8,111 bases of DNA from a virus (taxonomy: Duplodnaviria > Heunggongvirae > Uroviricota > Caudoviricetes). The notes beneath the pieces were generated by a model. It was given only the letters and a program-made list of their open reading frames with translations. It was not told where the DNA came from and did no database searches. The DNA lies in the IMG/VR virus record IMGVR_UViG_2563366830_000002; one strand, written 5' to 3'. Below, piece by piece: positions 6,435 to 8,111 of this stretch (position 1 is its first letter; every line of letters starts with the position of its first letter). A program made the translations under genes and the position numbers.

Positions 6435-7910
6435 TTAAGCATATGGATCGTAATCTGTGATGGCCTTGCCTTGCTGGTTCTGCTGCCCGGGAATTCGCAG
6501 ACGCTTCGACACAGGGAACGCAAACGTCAGCAGTAGCGCATCGCCTTTACCAGGAGAACGCCCAAGCCGCTCCTTGATATCTTCCTTCGGTTCGATAACG
6601 ATTTTACCGTCCACTCGAACTTTGTACTCTGCCGCAGACAGGTCGTCCGCTGTTTCCTGGTCATCCAGCATGCCGCCCAGCCTCAGCCATGTCTTGCATG
6701 AGTTGAACATCTCCCCACGCTTGTTGAGCATCTGCGGGTCAGTAGACGCGCCACCGAACGGAACAAGTTGCCATGTACGACCCCAGCCATCACCGATTGA
6801 CTTCAGACCAGTTCCGTAACCGAAGTCGATGAACACTGCGTCAGCCTGGTACTGGTCTTCAAAGTCAGCGATACGCTTCGCCATAATCAGATCGTCAGTG
6901 GTCTTGTTGCCAGTCCACAGCACCTTACTGTGCAGCCCCTGCCGCAGGTATATCACAGCGTCATCAACGCCGGAGTATGCCGGGTCAACGCCGATTATCA
7001 CCGGAGCATGTGCAACCTGCGCAGCGGTTACCACCCGTTTCATTGCCTCGTCAGTAAGGCCGGTAGGGATAAACTGCAATTCAGATGCATCCGGGAATAT
7101 GCCGCGCACACGGATTTTAACGAAGTCGCTGTCTTCCCCGTAGTCATCAACCCATTTCTGCAACTGCTGTTTGTTAGTGCCTTCCACCGTCCGGCTGTCA
7201 ATCTGCGCAGTTTTCCAGCGGTGTTTATATTTGCGGAAACATTCGCGAAAACGCCCGGTGTTACGTGTAGGGTTTCCGAACGCCACCCAGATAATCTCAG
7301 TGTCTTCGTCCGTAAGCGCACCCTCAGCAACTTCCCACACCAGATCCGCAATGTTCGACGCTTCATCGAATACCACGATGATGCGTTTGCGCTCGTTGTG
7401 TAGTCCGGCGAATGCCTCAGTGTTGTGCTCAGACCAGGGTATTGCGTCAGCCCGCCACCGCTTGTCGTGCCCAGGGTCATTGCTGTACATCGCGGTAGCG
7501 GTACAGGTAAACCAGTCTTTCGTGATAGCAAGGTTCGACCACTTGATAATTTCCGGCCAGGTCTTCGTTCGTAGCTGGTTGTCGGTGTTGGCGGTCACCA
7601 CGACCTTACAATCCTCGCAAGTGGACATGCCCCAGTTGATCAGCATTGAGATGAATGCGGATTTACCAATACCGTGACCAGAAGCGCGTGCCAACATAAG
7701 CGGCTGATAGCGCGTCTCTGGATTCTGCAGGTGATCACGTATCTCTCGGAACGCATCAGCCTGCCACTGACGTGGGCCGGTAGCATGTGCCAGTTCAGTC
7801 CCCTCTTCCCCCCACGGGAACGCATAGAGGGCATAGCCAAGCGGATCGTGAGTGAACCCTGCAATATCCTCGATTAACTGCTCTTCAGGAGATAACGCTG
7901 TATCTGTCAC
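6435..7910 (-). CDS. terL: Terminase large subunit (491 aa), GTG start
   Basis: ORF track. N-terminal P-loop-like motif (...ARASGHGIGKSAF...) followed by an acidic ...IIVVFDEASNI... segment (Walker B-like) and a C-terminal nuclease-sized domain; typical size. Start codon is GTG at 7910..7908 with an in-frame TAA immediately upstream; AGGA ~10 nt upstream. Confidence 0.9.
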   Translation of the reverse strand: MTDTALSPEEQLIEDIAGFTHDPLGYALYAFPWGEEGTELAHATGPRQWQADAFREIRDHLQNPETRYQPLMLARASGHGIGKSAFISMLINWGMSTCEDCKVVVTANTDNQLRTKTWPEIIKWSNLAITKDWFTCTATAMYSNDPGHDKRWRADAIPWSEHNTEAFAGLHNERKRIIVVFDEASNIADLVWEVAEGALTDEDTEIIWVAFGNPTRNTGRFRECFRKYKHRWKTAQIDSRTVEGTNKQQLQKWVDDYGEDSDFVKIRVRGIFPDASELQFIPTGLTDEAMKRVVTAAQVAHAPVIIGVDPAYSGVDDAVIYLRQGLHSKVLWTGNKTTDDLIMAKRIADFEDQYQADAVFIDFGYGTGLKSIGDGWGRTWQLVPFGGASTDPQMLNKRGEMFNSCKTWLRLGGMLDDQETADDLSAAEYKVRVDGKIVIEPKEDIKERLGRSPGKGDALLLTFAFPVSKRLRIPGQQNQQGKAITDYDPYA

Positions 7911-8016
7911 TGATTACCATCCTGACGTTCTTTGAGTCGCTTCCTGGCTGCTGCTATGCGATCAGCAATTGTCACATTCACATTAACATCCAGGCGTTCT
8001 TTGAATGCGTTGACGT
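7907..8016 (-). pseudogene. C-terminal 35 codons of an upstream gene (probably terminase small subunit), 5'-truncated by the IS at 8017
   Basis: Minus-strand frame reads ...VNAFKERLDVNVNVTIADRIAAARKRLKERQDGNQ then TGA overlapping the terL GTG (GTGA overlap, 7907..7910). The frame runs straight into the IS inverted repeat. terS assignment is by position only. Confidence 0.45.
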
Positions 8017-8111
8017 TGAACCGCCCCGGGAATCCTGGAGACTAAACTTCCTGAGAAAGAGGTAAACAGGATGACTAAAAATACTCGTTTTTCCCCCGAA
8101 GTCCGTCAACG
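8017..8111 (+). mobile_element. IS3-family insertion sequence (IS629-like), left end; the element continues right of the window
   Basis: Terminal repeat TGAACCGCCCCGGGAATCCTGGAGA at 8017..8041, then AGAGG RBS and ATG at 8071 opening MTKNTRFSPEVRQR, which I recognise from memory as the N-terminus of IS629/IS1203-type OrfA. Confidence 0.8.
8071..8111 (+). CDS. IS3-family transposase OrfA, N-terminal fragment (continues beyond window)
   Basis: ATG at 8071 preceded by AGAGG; translation MTKNTRFSPEVRQR... runs off the window end. Confidence 0.8.
   Translation, partial: MTKNTRFSPEVRQ

Noticed and set aside
6457-7677. Several plus-strand ORFs (120, 104, 157, 168 aa) inside the terL region
   Set aside because: All are antisense to the well-supported terL gene, Ser/Arg/Cys-rich, with no start context.
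1-8111. Both window edges being the two ends of a single IS in a circular molecule
   Set aside because: The flanking triplets differ (GGT vs CGT), and the truncated genes at the two junctions (adaptor-like vs terS-like) would not rejoin into one reading frame, so two separate IS copies are more likely.

Overview
The window is a ~7.9-kb fragment of a tailed-phage head-morphogenesis module on the minus strand, bounded at both edges by the ends of two directly oriented IS3-family (IS629-like) insertion sequences. Minus-strand order, from high to low coordinates: IS-truncated terS-like fragment, large terminase, a 68-aa ORF, portal, a 98-aa acidic ORF, scaffold-like protein, major capsid protein, two small virion-type ORFs, and an IS-truncated adaptor-like gene. 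Between terL and the portal block sits a ~1.2-kb plus-strand accessory island (5244..6434): a GC-rich non-coding leader, a tRNA-Arg(UCU), a strong intrinsic terminator, a second terminator-like hairpin abutting an RBS, a low-GC 139-aa ORF of unknown function, and a bidirectional terminator. That island is the best candidate for something undescribed, with the 139-aa ORF as its unknown cargo. All calls come from reading the sequence and the ORF track by eye; no database search or folding was run, and family names (IS629, T7 gp8-like portal, gp11/gp4-like adaptor) are from memory.
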